Assembly: GCA_001938485.1 (NCBI GenBank)
Contig: MQRK01221906.1
Coordinates: forward strand, 1 to 60,267
Length of the DNA stretch: 60,267 nucleotides
DNA from: Girardia tigrina
Taxonomy: Eukaryota
Direction: 5' to 3'
The position numbers and the translations under genes were made by a program. This document shows, piece after piece, positions 27,611 through 40,241 of this stretch (the stretch's first letter is position 1; each line of letters starts with the position of its first letter). The notes below the pieces were generated by a model, which had not been told where the DNA came from, did not search any database, and worked only from the letters and a program-made list of their open reading frames with translations.

Positions 27611-28478
27611 GGAATCGAGCATGTGGAAGTCACGATGAGCTGAGAGTTCGGATTATTGATGAGTTTATCACACTCCGAGACGACGAGGATGACGTGGGCG
27701 CGATTGTTCCACGATTCCGGTTGTTAACAGAGATGACCACAGCGACTACGGCGAGGAAACCGAGCTTCTCACAATTAAGTGGTCTGAGACACAGCGAATA
27801 GTACCGGTGACCTGGACTACAATTATGATAGGCCTTTAACGTTTTAATAGGGCAAATAAAAATTTTTAAATTGAGTTTATATAGAATTGAAAATTCAACA
27901 ATTATTGATTCCAAAAACATATCTTTTATTCCATTTAAAATCAGTAGAAAATCGTTTTAACAGTATTAAGGATATTAACAGCCGAAGTCGTATTACAAGA
28001 TTTATTACGACTAAAATGGTCTGTAATCAGCGTCTGGGGCATGACTTATTTCTTCAATTGATTTTTCAAAAATTTGCCAAAATCTGCAATGATTAAAACA
28101 ATTGTATTTTTAATTAATTGTTAAATAACAATTAATTTATTATACAATTAGTAATATAAATTTTTAAATTCGACAATAATTGACTTCAATTGTCTAGGGA
28201 GAGATGTCATGCTTCAAACACCAACCAGTCTCAAACATACTATAAAACTCATTCAATAATCACTCAACATCATTCAAACATCATTCCAATATCCCTCACA
28301 AACAGTAAAGACGAAGCAAAACTCTGAAACATGAGAATTTGAAAAGATTTTATTGCATGAAAATTTAAATTACTTTTCTTTATAGTTCTCATTAGGTTAT
28401 ATTTTACAAGACTCATTGATATTTTTTAACCGTTAATTTCTTATACCATAACATAATTCATGTATAATGTATGGGCAT

Positions 28479-28995
28479 TGTGAGGAATATTTTAAATTTG
28501 GTATGTTGAAATTGGTTTGTTGAATTTTGTATGTTGAGTGTAGTATTTGGAAATGTGTTTCTCCCACCCTGATGGAAAATTGATATTTTAGATGTTCACG
28601 ATAAATAATTATTCGAGTATAATTTACATTTTAAAGTACAGCTAACATATTTAAAAAAACATTTAAAATATTAAATCTTTTCAAATCTTCATATTAAAAT
28701 TTAAATAAAATAAATAGTTTTAACTAAGTTTTGAATTAAATAAATGTTCTTTCTTTACATAAAATAATTTTTAAATAAAATTAATACTAAAACTACAAAA
28801 TTTGAACTTTAAAAATAAAATCTGAAAATAATGCAAAATTTGTTCGAATAATTGTTTATTAACAAACATTAACAAAAACATTATCAATTTAGAACGATGT
28901 CGAATGACGAGAGTTTTGCTGAGAGTTGTCCAAAAGACAATTCTGATTGTATTGAAAATAAAAGTTTGAAAACCCATGTTGGTGTTCTTAATAGG
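28479..28995 (+). repeat. Solo-LTR-like repeat, copy 2 (3'-truncated)
   Basis: Reverse complement of copy 1, starting tgtgaggaatattttaaatttggtatgttg. Confidence 0.65.
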
Positions 28996-30999
28996 TATAT
29001 TGAAAGTTTGATGAAAAAGAAGAAAATACAGGGTTCAAATAAGCATCGAGAGTTTTTTGAAATAAAAATAATTTTAATTAAAATTTGTATAAACGGGTGT
29101 TTTTGTACATTTTGACTTTTTTTTACGTTTTCTGACGTTTTTATTAACAGTAACAATATTACCTTCATTAATAATTGTAATTATAAATTATATCCAAATG
29201 AGTAAAATCCAAATAAATATATGGTATTTGATTTTATTCGTGCGTATGACTACATATGCCCTATTTAAATGGTTTAATGTCCCAATAACAAGTTAATGTG
29301 TAAGTATTACATGGATACGCGACAACTGACCGCAGAATTATTTTAGGATTGCAGTAAAATTAAATTTTTTGTATTAAGAAATTATTTTAGGATTGTAGTA
29401 ACATGTATGTATTTTACATTGATAAAAATATATTGTTAATATACTTGGAATTTATTTATTTGTGCTCATTGTGAAAACAAGTATTTAATTTCGTTACAGG
29501 TTTTATCCAGTGAATCGTAAAAGAAATTCTTTTTAACCCTTGTGCTTGAGGTAAAAAAAAGTTTGGCACAAAGTGATTAAAAATATTTAAATATTTTTAA
29601 ATTAATAAATAAGAAATGATACAAGAACTAAAAAGGATTGCCATTATTAGTTAATTTAATAAAGAATAAGTTTGGAAATAAAACATAAAATTCTGAATAT
29701 CTCTCGTGAATATTACTTTACATAATTCCGGATAGGAATTCTTATTTTCATTGACCTAACAGTACGCAGGCAGCAATTACTTATCCCATCGTTCCAATTA
29801 TAAAGTGAAAAATTGGGGGTATGATAAACACTAATAGAACGTATCCTGAACTAAGCTGAACTCAAGTAGATTATAGTGACCCTGACAACTGTTGTTTACC
29901 TACGCATATAATTTTTGGTCATTTATCCTTAACATAATTATATAACAAGTCAATACGTTTTAAGAATTTTTTTGTTACTTGATCGTAACTATTAACAATA
30001 TCAATATCAGTTTTACAATATTTATTAATATCACAAGTGCATTCACTATTTGACATTTTTCTTGATCAATATATTTCTGAGTTCATACTAATTATTTTCA
30101 ATAAATGAAAATCTGTTAATAAAAATTATTAATTATAAAGAATCTAATTGGTTAAAATTAAATCTAAATGTTTTTAAAAAGGAACATATTAAATTAATAT
30201 ATTAAAATTTTAAATTACATTAAAAAATAAATAATACATTCAAAAATTATTTTAAATCTTTTTACTTTAAAATTAAATTAAATTATTTTTAAGTAGTAGG
30301 AATCAAAGAAAATACCAATCATCCACCTGTGTAGGAGAGGCACAATCCGAATCAACATACAACATGCACAATATCAACACACAATTCAAAACATTCATCA
30401 CAGTGACTTTATGTATCATAACCAGAATTAGACTTGAAATGTAAATCAAATATACTTTTATTATCAAAATATAGGATAACAAAAAATGTAAAATATAACT
30501 CGTCTACGTACGTACACGCTTTAAGAAAGCAATTTTATTTTAATCCCAAAGTACTTAAATGAATTCGATTTTAATTACAAATGAATTTCTGTAAAATTTT
30601 CCCTAATGTTTTTCAATGGAAAATAAAAAAATACTTTTAATTATAAAACTTTTTATCAGATATATTAAATTTCCGTCCCATATAAAAAATAAGATTAATT
30701 GATGCTGTATGTCATTTATGTTCACGGTATTTACCAAAATTATCCAAGTACGAGCAAAAGTATGAAGAATTTTTTTTGCAAATTGTACTGTTTCATTGAG
30801 AGTAAGTGAATCTATGTTTATAATTGAAGTTAATTTCTATTTCCCATCTTGAGATTTGTCCTCTGTCAAGAATATAATCTTTCAAATTCTTCTGTAAGTT
30901 CATTGTTGATTAAGTTACCTCAATACCTACCAATTGGTTGATACTTAATTCCGCAAATAAAGAATTAGATTAGAATTCTAGATTAGAATTAGCCCCCCA

Positions 31000-33030
31000 A
31001 GTGAGCAAAAATACCTCCCAGTCCATGGTAAAAGTGATAGACTTGGAGGCAATTCTGAAATAATCAATAATCCAAACCGATCTTTGAAACTACCTTTCTA
31101 TTTTTTGCGATCATAACCTGATATTTTTGCAACTACAGAAGATTTAACCTTCAGTTTTCCAGCAGAATATTCAACCCAAAATACACACCTTGGCTCCTTC
31201 GAAACAGAAGAATCCATTATCAAGCCTTCCCACGTCACTATGGAATGTTACAAGTGCAGAAAAGTGAATGTAAAATGGTAAGTAGAAAATAGTAGTGACG
31301 TCTTCGAAGCATGTATGTTGGCAACTGCTGAAGGGAAACGTAAAACACAATATGTGAAATGTAGAACGAGTGAAAAGTTTGTGATTTTAATTTGTAAGTT
31401 TGGTCGCAATGGCACTGTTTACTTGGCTCATGGCTGCCATGCAGATACAACCGTAAAATTGAAGACTGTCATAAATCAACTTGACTCAATCTCCCATAAT
31501 GAAGCAGTGTGACATTTAGATTTAGAGTTGCAGTGAAAAATTCAGTCATCTCATCCCCTTTTGTTAAAATGTTTGCAAAAGTACCGTGCTGAAGTTGTGA
31601 AGTGTCTTATCTCATTCACCGTGGACGTTTACAGTGACAGTCTGACAGGAACAGTCTCTGCCAACAGCTGACTATCAAGGTCTCTAGCTTAAGTACACAG
31701 GTCCAAAATTATTTGCAGCCTTCGTGAGAATGGAATGACTTATCAATTGGAGGAATTTCAACCTCCCTCATCGACATTGCATTACAGAGAAACAAACTGC
31801 TATCAAGAAGTGCTAATCATCATTGCTGGAGACGTTCAGAAGGAACTCACTCGTGAGATGCAGGATTATGTTGATTACGCAGTACAAGTTGATATCAGCA
31901 TCAATTGGCACATTGTGCATTACAACTTATAATTTACAAGTACGTCCCTGCAATATTAGTAACAAAAGAAAGTGATGTAAAGAATGTATTTATAGTCTTC
32001 AACAAATCTCAAAGCATTCTAGCCTTTGAACTACTGGAAGCTATTAAGCTTGCCATTAAGACAATTTACACATCAACTTCAAGATGATTGGTGTTACAAT
32101 AGATAAAATATCAACAAGGAGGCTCTGAAAGCTTGTAAAAAAACTGGTGACATCGTAATCTATTGACGTTCTGGTGTACAGTTCACAGAAGTGACCTAGC
32201 TTTTAAAAGCATTGAAGGAGGCATTTTAGAGCTGAGTATCTGGATTGCAAATGCCAAGTCTCTACCTATCTTGTTCCGGACGTCTAAAAAGACAACGAAA
32301 CTCCTGCATCAATTTCAACCGAGACGAAACATTTTACTACTCACTACGAAGTTCGATTTGCGGAGCACATAGTCAACCTTTAACGGCCATTCTTCATAAT
32401 CTTTACGGCTGTAAAAAGCTTGGAAGTTTTTAGAATTGGAAAGCAAATCAAAAACAGAGAGAGCAATAGCACGGGGATATTTGAAGACAATAGCATAATG
32501 AATCGCAGCATTTGCCTCACCGGTCACATGGTTGATGTTTTGAAATTATTTCGTGATTTGCAAAAGCAGATACAACTTGACGACCTGATTCTACCAGATG
32601 TAATAAACAATAAGGATTCGGTACTTCGTAAATTAGACTTTTAATTCAGTGCCCCCTATCCTGGTTGGAGGAAGAGAAACTACAGACCACAAGAAACAGA
32701 GATTCAACTTTAAGACCTATTAACACGAATGTGCCAGCCACCATAAATCATGATGCGGTGTACCTCAAATTGTACAATCGGTGTAGAACTATCTTGGAGA
32801 ACGCTTTGATGTGGAACAAGAAGTAGTTCAAGACATGTTAGCTCTTTTGCAAAGAGTAAAACCGAAGCATTTATTATGGAAGAAGTAAAAAAGCCTAAGG
32901 TCTACTGTCACAGTGAATAGAGGAACAGACGAAGAAATCAGAAATCAGATTGATATTGCAACAAGCGCTAGGATTAAGTTTAGTTCAGTTTTAAACCTCA
33001 AAGAAATCAACCTTTAGAGCAGAACAAAGA
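31000..33030 (+). mobile_element. Degenerate hAT transposase (ZNF862-like)
   Basis: Fragments YAVQVD (first catalytic D), TFWCTVHRSDLA (CxxH motif), DVLKLFRDLQKQIQLDDL; many stops. Confidence 0.65.
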
Positions 33031-33039
33031 TCACTAAGG

Positions 33040-33455
33040 CTTTCGTCTTGGCAACACATCTCTATGGGAGAGTCTTGGATAATAAATCAGGAGATCATGG
33101 ATAGACTTAAAGTATTTCAAATGAAGTGCTACAGGAGCATACAGAAGATTATTTGGAAAAAAAAGAAGGCCAACGACATTGCCTGAAAGACAGTGAACGG
33201 AAAAATAGAAGACACTATCAAGAGAAGGAAACTGAAATTCTACGGACATCAGATAAGACAACTAGCACTAGCGAGGGTTATGATTGAAGGAAGAGTGATA
33301 GGGGAAAGAACAAGAGAAAGACCAAAGATACAATGGACAGACACTTTAAAAGAATGAAGATGATTGAGCATGGAAGGTCTGAGGAGAAAGGCTAAAAAAG
33401 AGAGAGATGTGGTGAAGGCTTGCGCATAATAGGTGCGCCACGGCGCAACGGTAAA
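33040..33455 (+). mobile_element. 3' end of an RTE-clade non-LTR retrotransposon
   Basis: FQMKCYRSIQKIIW; IKRRKLKFYGH; MIEGRVIGERTRERPKIQWTD, typical of the RTE ORF C-terminus. Confidence 0.8.
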
Positions 33456-33720
33456 GTTCCAAAAGAAAGAAGGTAGAAATTACTTCTGCAATACAATAAT
33501 TATTATCACCATTGTAACTCTTAAAATATGTCTACTTTGTCATGAAAAATGTACTACTATAGAGTGAAAATATAATAATTTAAAAAAATAAATAATTTAA
33601 GTCAAATTTCAAATTATTAACTAATGAAATTTGATATGAATCGGGCAATGTTCAAGTATTTATAACTCATCTTAATATTTTTTTCATTATTTTTTACATG
33701 GATATTTCATTTTACATTTC

Positions 33721-34100
33721 ATGTTAAATTCTACGGAAACAACTTTGGTTTTTTTGCTTCTTGTGATTTGTGTAATCCTCGGGATTATGATTTATCTATG
33801 TTGCAGCAAAACCTTTTGCAATCGCAACATCAACTACCGGTCCATATCCGTAGATGAAAGTGAAAAAGAAAGTTCGGTCAGAATCATCGAAGCGCCGCCT
33901 CCCTATCAAAACCATACTGTGATTGCTTTTACTAAAAGTAAAAGTTATAATGCATTTACTCCGGAAATTCCAAATAATATCGCAGAGTTTAACCGAGTTA
34001 AACAATTCAATTATTTTGCCCATTAAAAGTTTTATTTTAATGTTTGAACATTTTTTTCAGGTCTCTTGTCATGTAGTCTCTATTTATTTTAATCAGTAAA
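33721..34100 (+). CDS. Small single-pass membrane protein with juxtamembrane CC and a PPxY motif
   Basis: MLNSTETT-LVFLLLVICVILGIMIYL-CC...EAPPPY. ORF 33721-34026; possible short intron (cga|gttaaa...tttcag|gtc) leading to a small last exon from ~34061. Confidence 0.65.
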
Positions 34101-34439
34101 TGATCCAGTTTGTATGAAATTCCAAATGACAGATCGAAGGACATGTTATTTATGAGAATGGCATCAACGAATGTTGAGTACATATTTGCATATGTCTTTG
34201 AGAACTCAAGTCCCTTTTATTATTCCTATATTCACTAAAAGAGTGTTAAATTATCCAGTAACTTTATATGTCATGTTGAATATTACAGTTTTATCATGTC
34301 TAAAGTACAATTTTTATTATCAATACTTGTTATTAAAATAACATTTTGGTGGTATCATGAAACATGGTCTTATTCTAAATATGATCAACAATATTTTAAT
34401 ATTGTTGGTTTTCGTTTAGCTTTAGAAACTACAGAATAA

Positions 34440-34770
34440 TGCATGTTTATTATACAAATAAGATGATACGTTTCGAGAAAACGATCTCATCATTAGATCA
34501 ATCCACACCTTATACTTGGTCGTGATTGTCTTGCATTGACCAAATGTGTTATTTACAGTGTTGCCAGTCTGAAACCTGGTACAGTTGAGAGAACACACTG
34601 TTCTCACAGATTGCCCTTTGGTCAGACATTTCAGTCGAATTGCATATATGAGATTTCAGATTGTTTTGTGATAAATGTGGAGGTTAAAATTTCGTTGATT
34701 GCATTGAGTATGAGACGTTTCCTCTCAAAGATTAGCTTTTTGGGTGGCAGTCAGTTGTCATCTTTATCAT
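34440..34770 (-). mobile_element. Possible Penelope-like element 3' remnant with a degenerate hammerhead-like motif
   Basis: On -: ctaatgatgag-atcgtttt-ctc-gaaacgta (CUGANGA...GAAA-like core) downstream of a KRLIL-like tail. Confidence 0.3.
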
Positions 34771-34771
34771 A

Positions 34772-35349
34772 TGTCTCCGTTACCTCGTAAAGTACGGAAA
34801 ACTAGAGTATACATATGGTTTTCGAACATTTATTTTCAATACAATTTGAATTGTCTTTTGGACAACTCTCAACCAAGCCTTCAAAATTTGACCTCGTTCT
34901 AAAATGATAAATTTTTGTTAATGTTTTTAATAAAAAATTATTCGAACAATTTTTTATTATTTTCAGATTTTATTTTTAAAGTTTTAATTTCATAATTTTA
35001 GTAATAATTTTATCTACATATTAATTTTATTTTAAAAATGATTTTATTTAATGAAAAAACATTTAATTCATCAATTTAAAAATTAGTTAAAAGTTATTTA
35101 CTTTGTTTAAATTTTTAATATTAAAATTTGAAACTGTTTAATATTTTTACAGTTTTTTAAATATCATATGCTATAATCTAAATATGAAAATAAATGTAAT
35201 TCAAATTATGCTCGAATGATTATTCATCGTGAACATCGAAAATATCAATTTTCCATCTGGGTGGGAGAAATACATTTCCAAATACTAAACTCAACATTCA
35301 AAATTCAACATAGTAATTTTAACATACCAAATTTAAAATATTCCTCACA
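34772..35349 (-). repeat. Solo-LTR-like repeat, copy 3
   Basis: TG...CA on -, flanks cata/aata; homologous to copies 1 and 2. Confidence 0.6.
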
Positions 35350-36908
35350 AATACAAAGTTATTATTAATATCAATTTAGAATTGTTGATGATTTTTTCGA
35401 TTTACAAAAACTATATTATTCAAACTAATTAGAATTAATCCAATTAATTACACTCCCCCATGATCTCCAGATTAAATCACAAAATCGTCTAGATACTGAG
35501 GTGGCTTCTGTACCCGCACCGGTCGTCCAGCCGAATCTGTAGTTACCTCTTGCGTTGTCGGTCCACTCATTTCGTCTTCACTGTCTGAACTGCGATCATC
35601 GGAATCCACTAACATCAGTTGTCGATTGTCCACTGGTCTCCTGATGTGGGATATATGCCTCCTGAATCCACCATCGTCCAGCTCCACCCCAACTGCAGAC
35701 TTCAACGATTTAATTACATGTGGCCCCATCTATGGTTCATCGCATTTCCCTCCAACTCTCAAATAAACATTCTCGCCAATGCTGAACGGGTTTTTCTCCG
35801 TAGCGTCATACTCATCCTTCGAGATGCACTCTGAGATGAATTTGCATTCAACCTGACGCTCATCTCGAATCATTGACATTCGAGACTTTACATGAAACAT
35901 CAATTCATAGGGCCCCGCATCCCGTTGACCCGTCGGACCGTTGTACCAAAACACACAACCGGTGATCGACTTTACAGATCTCGCCGCAATTGTCTTAATG
36001 GTGGGGTGATTCTCTCTCACATCTCATTCCCTTGATGCCGATAGGCTGGGGTGAACCCTTGCTCGATTCTCCATTTATCTAGCAACCGTCTCAATGGGGT
36101 ACTTCGGTAGACAGCCGGATTATCAGAAAAGAAACGTTTCGGTGGTCTAAATTCAGAGCATACTCTATCTATATGCTAACCTATTTCCTCGGCGGATTTA
36201 CTACGCAACTTTCTCCAAATACAAAATCTTGTTGCTGAATTCACTAGGGTCAGATATGCGACACCGTTGAAATAAGTCACATCACTATAAAGTTGGTACC
36301 ATACCTTGTCAGCTGACAATTGCCCAGGTCGATACTCAATTCGTGGGGTTGAACAGATCTTTGAACACTCAACACACTGCTTGATAACTTCCTTAACTTG
36401 ATCCGACTTCATTACATTAGTCCCATATTTTTTCCTCAACAGTTCATTTGTCCTGTCGACTCAAAAATGGAAGATATCATGAATTTTTTTGATCTCATCA
36501 ACACTTGGATACTGATTTGCTTCAATGGCTTATACTTCCACTTTCCTGTTTAGTCATTGTTTTGGAACCCTGGTTAAACAATCTGCCATATTCAATTTAG
36601 ATTTCACCAATTCCAGTTCCACTTCCAGTGTTTCTCGATCTTTCAACTCTCTCATGATATCGAGTCTTCGGCGTACCAAATGTTCAGTTAATGTGCGGGT
36701 TCTTGGTTTGTGTGTATTCTTGAATACTACCATGAGCCATCCATACACTGTTGCTGAGTCCGTCATCAGCTTGAACTTATGAAAGCCCCAGGTTATTGCC
36801 AAGTTTATTCCCCTTATGGCCGCATCCAGTTCACTCATATTAATATGGCTTGTACCGTCTTCTTTCCTTAACCAAGCAGCGTCTTCAACGATATCACCGT
36901 TATTACAG

Positions 36909-38105
36909 TGTTCGGGATTCAATTATCGTTATTATATTGTTATTATCATTAATTATATATATTTATATTTATATTAATTGATCCCACGCTCTCTTTTTCC
37001 TCATTCTCAAAAAACTGTGAAAACAATCTGTGATATTTTCTTTTGTGTTTGTATTGTTTATTTTTGTATATAAAAAATTGTAAAAAGTTTTTGACCTTGA
37101 GAAAAAATTTATTATTTTGCTGAACTAAATTAATTAATTATAAACTGTTTGTTGCTGGAAAATTTTTTATATCAAATTGTTTTGGTACTATTTGAGACGA
37201 TTTTTGAAGATTGTAAATAGAAAATAAAAGTTATTTTTCTGAAAGATTTGATTATGATTTTTTTAATGATATGATACGATAATTATAAGATTTTTTTGAA
37301 AATTAACTCAGAGAATTTCAATTTTGTTAACATATCTTAATTATCATTTGTTCAATTCATCTAAAATTACAAATCCAAATTACCGCTTTGCCAGATATGA
37401 ATGGAATTAGGACTAAGTTTAATTTTAAATGAGAGTGCATTTTTGTAATTACCAAACGATAAACGGCCAGTTTTTATCTATGATTGGAAGAGAATTTTGG
37501 ACAAGGTATTACATGTCGTCAAAAAATCTGATATAAAAGAAAAACAAGAAAATATTCTAAAGATATTGTTAAATCAACTCGAAAAGTCTCCCGGGCCAAC
37601 CACGAGAACATTAATCGCTTGGAATATCGGCACTATGTTCAGCGTAGGCGACACGTACTCCTTGCATCTTGCCATCAACACTTGCAATGATTATGTAAAG
37701 TCAAAGGACGATAGTCCGAGTTACCTCCTTACGAGATTAGCTGCAATCGCATCTCTCGGAGAGATCTATCACAAACTCGGTCGCATGGTCGGTCGATCGT
37801 ATGAGGAGACAATTTCCGTTTTATTAAATATCTCAAACAATGCGATTTATGCGTGATGCGCGAGCACGACTCGGTGACCATCTTGGCGTTGTCCGAGCAT
37901 TTGGATCGGAGTCCAAAAATCGTATTAACTAAAGATGAGCTACTTCTTATTTTCAATGCCGTTGAACTCGATGTAGCAAACAATTGGAGATTCAGTCTCA
38001 ATATTATGATGTTTCAAAGGGCCCAGCAAAATCTAAATAAACCACTACGCAACCTTGTTGCCTCCGTCCGATTCTCGGGGCAACCTGAGGGTCGGGCGGA
38101 CCACA
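36909..38105. mobile_element. 1.2-kb nested insertion (TG...CA ends) carrying a host gene fragment
   Basis: Splits Gypsy RNase H between DASSIAMGVLL and NGDIVEDAAW; removing it restores an in-frame GVLLCNNGDIVED; imperfect short flanking duplication (tacag/cacag). Confidence 0.7.
37401..37845 (+). pseudogene. HEATR5: HEAT repeat-containing protein 5 (HEATR5/Laa1) N-terminal fragment
   Basis: MELGLSLILNESAFL*LPNDKRPVFIYDWKRILDKVL...KEKQ...SPGPTTRTLIA...VGDTY...KSKDDSPSYLLTRLAA...KLGRMVGRSYEET matches the HEATR5B N-terminus as I recall it. In-frame TAA at 37446 and a frameshift at ~37827. Confidence 0.88.
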
Positions 38106-39633
38106 CACAGTAGTACGCCCATTGCTATACTACTTGCATCTGTACAAATGACAACATTATTATTGCAATTTACCACCCACTTGCCTGTTGCTGGATCTTC
38201 ATCCATCCTCAGCCTTTGAGAGATTTCATTAACTTTCTCTATGTTGTCTTTTGGCACTAATTTATCCCAGCCTATCTTGTATTTTGCGGTTAATCTCTGA
38301 ATGTATGCACAAGCAACTCGTAAACATCCTGCAACTGCTACATGGCCTATCCATTCCACCAAAATTCCATGTATTTCTCTTCACGTTGCTTTCTCAAGTT
38401 CCCTAGTTACGAGCTCTTGGTCTCTTCTCCACTAAAAATTGCTTTTTACATTCAGTCCAAGCACCCTGACATCTTTGTCTAAGCCAATCCGTTCTATGGG
38501 TTTAGATTCCAACCCAAACCGGCAAAAAATTCCTACTACATCATCTGCATTACAAGAACTTTCCGCAATGAACATGTCATCAATATACTCAGAAGCAGTT
38601 ATCGTCTGCTCTTCCTTGATTATCGTTTCAACTATCCTTGATATCACTTTTGGCGCAATGGATAAACCAAACCATAACCTGGTCATCACATAGACTTCGC
38701 CATTCTACATAACCGCCTGATATTTCCACAAATCTGGAACCACCCTTACTTGTAGGTAAGCCTTTTTTAAATCCATTATAGCGCAGTTGGGTCCCAATTT
38801 TCTCCACTCCCGTAATCGTGACTGACAACTGGCATAACTGCCGCCCGGACAGCTATGTATTTGTTCGTTCAGTAACCTGTAGTCTAATACGGATCGTATT
38901 CGTGTCGTTTTGCCTTTGACTTGCCGCACTCCCATCAACGGTATCAAGTTACGAATCTTCCCGTCTCGCTTTTCATCCCACTTTATGAGAACACCTTCGC
39001 TTATCCACTCATTCACTTCATCTTGAAATGGCTCTTTATCTTCATTGGGAATATCATAATTGACACATGATGTTCTCCCAACCGTATGATCATCGACAAA
39101 TCTCCTTGCTATGCAACAATACCTTCAGTCAAATGGAGATTCAAAATCATCCTCTTTTATCTGCAAATGTCTTCCACTTTTCACTCCAGTTGCTGCAGTA
39201 ATAGCTTCCAATTTTGCTCCATTACTGCCAAATTTTATACAAATATCATCACAGTCTATCCGTATTGTCAGTCCACGTTTGAGAATAACATCGTTTCCCA
39301 CTATGATGTCGACACCTGCAGGCAGCCTTTCAACCACAATTGCTCCAACAGACCCCAGGTTCATACCCAGAATATTTACCTGACTACCGATGTCAATTAG
39401 TGAACTCCACATTTTTAATAACGTGATTTGATGAGAAATAATGAAGGAAAGAATAACAACAATTTGTTTTTTTCACTTTATTTGCATGACATTTTTTTAT
39501 TTGATTTTTTCCAGTTTGTTATAATTTATTTAATACAGACAAAGAAAATTTTTTTCTTTGTCGATAATCGGATCACTACAGAAAGGAAAAAAGAGATTTC
39601 AATTCGTTAATGAAAAATTTGATCATTAAAATT

Positions 39634-40241
39634 GATGGAATCCCGACGGAACTTGTCGATTTGTCGAGATTAGTGCATGCTTTTCGCGCCTTGCATTTGT
39701 TATTGGCGATGACCATTTTAGCAATTGATTAATTTAAAAATTGATTTATTCAAAAATAAGTTCAAAAATTTATTCACTATCAATAACGAATATTTTTTTA
39801 AAAGCATTAATAATTATAATGACCAAAATAATTCAGTGAATATCGATACGTTTGCTGTTCAGAAGATTCTCAGAACATTTATTATAACTGTAATCGTTAA
39901 AATGCTGAGTTTCGACCTGAACCGTCCCGATGGGAATAATAACCGATAATATAGTCGGTTTGACTGGTCGCCGGGTCGACCGTTCTGCTTGCGGAGCATT
40001 CGGGACTCACTATCGATGCGGGCCAGATTTCGTCATCGTCCAATATCAATTTTTTATCGATGAACTCCGACAACTTCACGCGGATTTTTGCAGTTTTGCT
40101 TAGGAACAGGATCGATGGAATCCCGACGGAACTTGTCGATTTGTCGAGATTAGTGCATGCTTTTCGCGCCTTGCATTTGTTATTGGCGATGACCATTTTA
40201 GCAATTGATTAATTTAAAAATTGATTTATTCAAAAATAAGT
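39634..40241. repeat. Identical 128-bp direct repeat, 480 bp apart (39634-39761 and 40114-40241)
   Basis: Direct sequence comparison. Confidence 0.9.
39897..40196 (-). CDS. 99-aa ORF, possible PWWP/Tudor-like host gene fragment
   Basis: aaaATG start after an AT-rich leader; IWPASIVSP...YIIGYY resembles the PWWP WPA-I-V...Y-V-FF pattern. Confidence 0.3.
   Translation of the reverse strand: MVIANNKCKARKACTNLDKSTSSVGIPSILFLSKTAKIRVKLSEFIDKKLILDDDEIWPASIVSPECSASRTVDPATSQTDYIIGYYSHRDGSGRNSAF

Larger units (their letters stand above)
35350..39415 (-). mobile_element. Ty3/Gypsy retrotransposon remnant (PR-RT-RH-IN, PPT and start of 3' LTR), interrupted at 36909-38105
   Basis: LIDIGSQ protease; RT VLDYRLLN, DLKKAYLQ, RLWFGL, YIDD; RNase H TDASS...VEDAAWLRK, ELDAAI; integrase FSDN motif and GP-like tail; PPT gggggag immediately before TG at ~35452. 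Confidence 0.92.

Noticed and set aside
28479-35349. Repeat copies 2 and 3 as long TIRs of a single 6.9-kb element
   Set aside because: No TSD on the outer flanks, a third independent copy exists, and the interior is an unrelated mixture.
39943-40212. + strand reading resembling a VAMP7/longin N-terminus (LVAGSTVLLAEHSG...NFTRI)
   Set aside because: It has two early stops and no start codon, while the - strand frame is open with a good ATG context. Probably a chance resemblance.
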